In this document: piece after piece, positions 61,170 through 64,000 of the stretch | Position numbering within the stretch: position 1 is the first letter of the stretch | How the letters are laid out: each line of letters starts with the position of its first letter | NCBI RefSeq assembly: GCF_964213995.1 | Contig: NW_027592047.1 | Coordinates: 1-64,000 of the forward strand | Source: Mustelus asterias | Taxonomy: Eukaryota | DNA length: 64,000 nucleotides | Reading direction: 5' to 3' | The notes under the pieces: generated by a model | What the model saw: only the letters and a program-made list of their open reading frames with translations | Database searches by the model: none | Told to the model about the DNA's origin: nothing | Translations under genes and position numbers: made by a program

Positions 61170-63465
61170 CATGTATCAGTAAACTCTGCCCGAAACCTCT
61201 CTCAGTTATTACAATCAGGGCTTTGTATCAGTAATCTCTGCTCTAAACCTCTCTCAGTTATTACAATCTGGGCCTTGTATCAGTAAACTCTGCCCTAAAC
61301 CTCTCTCAGTTATTACAATCTGGGCCTTGTATCAGTAATCTCTGCCCTAAACCTCTCTCAGTTATTACAATCTGGGCTTTGTATCAGTAATCTCTGCCCT
61401 AAACCTCTCTCAGTTATTACAATCTGGGACTTGTATCAGGAAACTCTGCCCTAAATCTCCCTCAGTTATTACAATCTGGGCCCTGTATCAGTAATCTCTG
61501 CCATAAACCTCTCTCAGTTATTACAATCTGGGCCTTGTATCAGTAATCTCTGCCCGAAACCTCTCTCAGTTATTACAATCTGGGACTTGTATCAGTAATC
61601 TCTGCCCTACAACTCTCTCAGTTATTACAATCTGGGCTTTGTATCAGTAATCTCTGCCCTAAACCTCTCTCAGTTATTACAATCTGGGCCTTGTATCAGG
61701 AATCTCTGACCTAAACCTCTCTCAGTTATTACAATCTGGGCCTTGTATGAGTAATCTCTGACCTAAACCTCTCTCAGTTATTACAATCTGGACCTTGTAT
61801 CAGTAATCTCTGCACGAAACAACTTTCAGTTATTACAATCTGGGCCTTGTATCAGTAATCTCTGCCCTAAACCTCTCTCGGTTATTACAATATGGGCCTT
61901 GTATCAATAATCTCTGCCCAAAACATCTCTCAGTTATTACAATATGGGCCTTGTATCAGTAAACCCTGACCTAAACCTCTCTCAGTTATTACAATCTGGG
62001 CCTTGTATCAGTAATCTCTGCCTGAAACCTCTCTCAGTTATTACAATCTGGAACTTGTATCAGTAATCTCTGCCCTAAATCTGCCTCAGTTATTACAATC
62101 TGGGCCTTGTATCAGTAATTGCTGCCCTAAACCTCTCTCAGTTATTACAATCTGGAACTTGTATCAGTAATCTCTGCCCGAAACCTCTCTCAGTTATTAC
62201 AATCTGGGACTTGTATCAGTAATCTCTGCCCGAAACCTCTCTCAGTTATTACAATCTGGGCCTGGTATCAGTAATCTCTGCCCGAAACCTCTCTCAGTTA
62301 TTACAATCTGGGCCTGGTATCAGTAAACTCTGCCCGAAACCTCTCTCAGTTATTACAATCTGGGCCTGGTATCAGTAAACTCTGCCATAAACCTCTCTCA
62401 GTTATTACAATCTGGGCCTGGTATCAGTAATCTCTGCCCTAAACCTCTCTCAGTTATTACAATCTGGGCCTTGTATCAGTAAACTCTGCCCTAAACCTCT
62501 CTCAGTTATTACAATCTGGGCCTTGTATCAGTAAACTCTGCCCTAAACCTCTCTCAGTTACTACAATTTGGGCGTTGTGTCAGTACAATCTGCCCTAAAC
62601 ATCTCTCAGTTATTACAATCTGGGACTTGAATCAGTAATCTCTGACCTAAACCTCTCTCAATCATTACAATCTGGGACTTGTATCAGTAATCTCTGTCCT
62701 AAACCTCTCTCAGATATTACAATCTGTGCCTTGTATCAGTAATCTCTGCCCTAAACCTCTCTCAGTTACTACAATTTGGGCCTGGTATCAGTAATCTCTG
62801 CCCTAAACCTCTCTCAGTTATTACAATCTGGGCCTGGTATCAGTAAACTCTGCCCGAAACCTCTCTCAGTTATTACAATCTGGGCCTGGTATCAGTAATC
62901 TCTGCCCTAAACCTCTCTCAGTTATTACAATCTGGGCCTTGTATCAGTAAACTCTGCCCTAAACCTCTCTCAGTTATTACAATCTGGGCCTTGTATCAGT
63001 AAACTCTGCCCTAAACCTCTCTCAGTTACTACAATTTGGGCGTTGTGTCAGTACAATCTGCCCTAAACATCTCTCAGTTATTACAATCTGGGACTTGAAT
63101 CAGTAATCTCTGACCTAAACCTCTCTCAATCATTACAATCTGGGACTTGTATCAGTAATCTCTGTCCTAAACCTCTCTCAGATATTACAATCTGTGCCTT
63201 GTATCAGTAATCTCTGCCCGAAACCTCTCTCAGTTATTACAATCTGGGCCTTGTATCAGTAATCTCTGCCCGAAACCTCTCTCGGTTATTACAATCTGGG
63301 CTTTGTATCCATAATCTCTGCCCGAAACCTCTCTCAGTTATTACAATCTGGGCCTGGTATCAGTAAACTCTGCCCGAAACCTCTCTCAGTTATTACAATC
63401 TGGGCCTGGTATCAGTAATCTCTGCCCTAAACCTCTCTGTTATTACAATCTGGGCACTGTATCAT
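61170..63465 (-). repeat. 52-bp satellite, reverse orientation relative to the 9986 array
   Basis: GTATCAGTAATCTCTGCCCTAAACCTCTCTCAGTTATTACAATCTGGGCCTT, about 44 copies. Confidence 0.97.
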
Positions 63466-64000
63466 AAGACCATAAGACATAGGAGCGGAAGTAAGGCCAT
63501 TCGGCCCATCGAGTCCACTCCACCATTCAATCATTGTTGATTTCAACTCCATTTACCCGCTCTCTCCCCATAGCCCTTAATTCCTCGAGAAATCAAGAAT
63601 TTATCAATTTCTGTCTTGAAGACGCTCAACGTCTCGGCCTCCACAGCCCTCTGTGGCAATGAATTCCACAGACCCACCACTCTCTGGCTGAAGAAATTTC
63701 TCCTCATCTCTGTTCTAAAGTGACTCCCTTTTATTCTAAGGCTGTGCCCCCGCGTCCTAGTCTCCCCTGTTAATGGAAACAACTTCCCTACGTCCATCCT
63801 ATCTAAGCCGTTCATTATCTTGTAAGTTTCTATCAGATCTCCCCTCAACCTCCTAAACTCCAATGAATATAATCCCACGATCCTCAGACGTTCATCGTAT
63901 GTCAGGCCTACCATTCCTGGGATCATCCGTGTGAATCTCCGCTGGACCCGCTCCAGTGCCAGTATGTCCTTCCTGAGGTGTGGGGCCCAAAATTGCTCAC
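63466..64000 (-). mobile_element. CR1 LINE 3' end (well preserved)
   Basis: ORF 63543-63926 LGLYSLEFRRLRGDLIETYK-type sequence, ending in a CATAAGAC tandem tail. Confidence 0.93.

Overview
Eukaryotic, repeat-rich, gapped (N-run) vertebrate DNA. It is almost certainly a cartilaginous fish (shark), judged from HE1/V-SINE-type SINEs, SacSINE/DeuSINE relics and dense CR1 LINEs. The main recognisable content is a compact T-cell receptor alpha/delta V-segment cluster at ~41.5-51.6 kb in mixed orientations. It holds two complete L-V-23RSS genes (41604-42146 minus; 49308-49770 plus) and one intact V exon plus RSS with no leader found (51304-51610 minus). It also holds a stop-codon pseudogene, a V remnant cut by a Ty3/gypsy element, and an IgH-like V relic. 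No C region or intact D/J segment was seen. Other notable structure: (1) CTCF-like motifs ~25 bp beyond two V RSSs; (2) a 7x56-bp array of perfect RSS heptamers that ends in a J-like relic; (3) at 16-31 kb, tandem splice-flanked exon-like modules sharing a GGCC stem-loop, which may be a structured repeat lncRNA or a repeat micro-protein gene; (4) two oppositely oriented 52-bp satellite arrays bracketing ~50 kb. Most ORFs in the supplied track are repeat or gap artefacts. Repeat boundaries are approximate.
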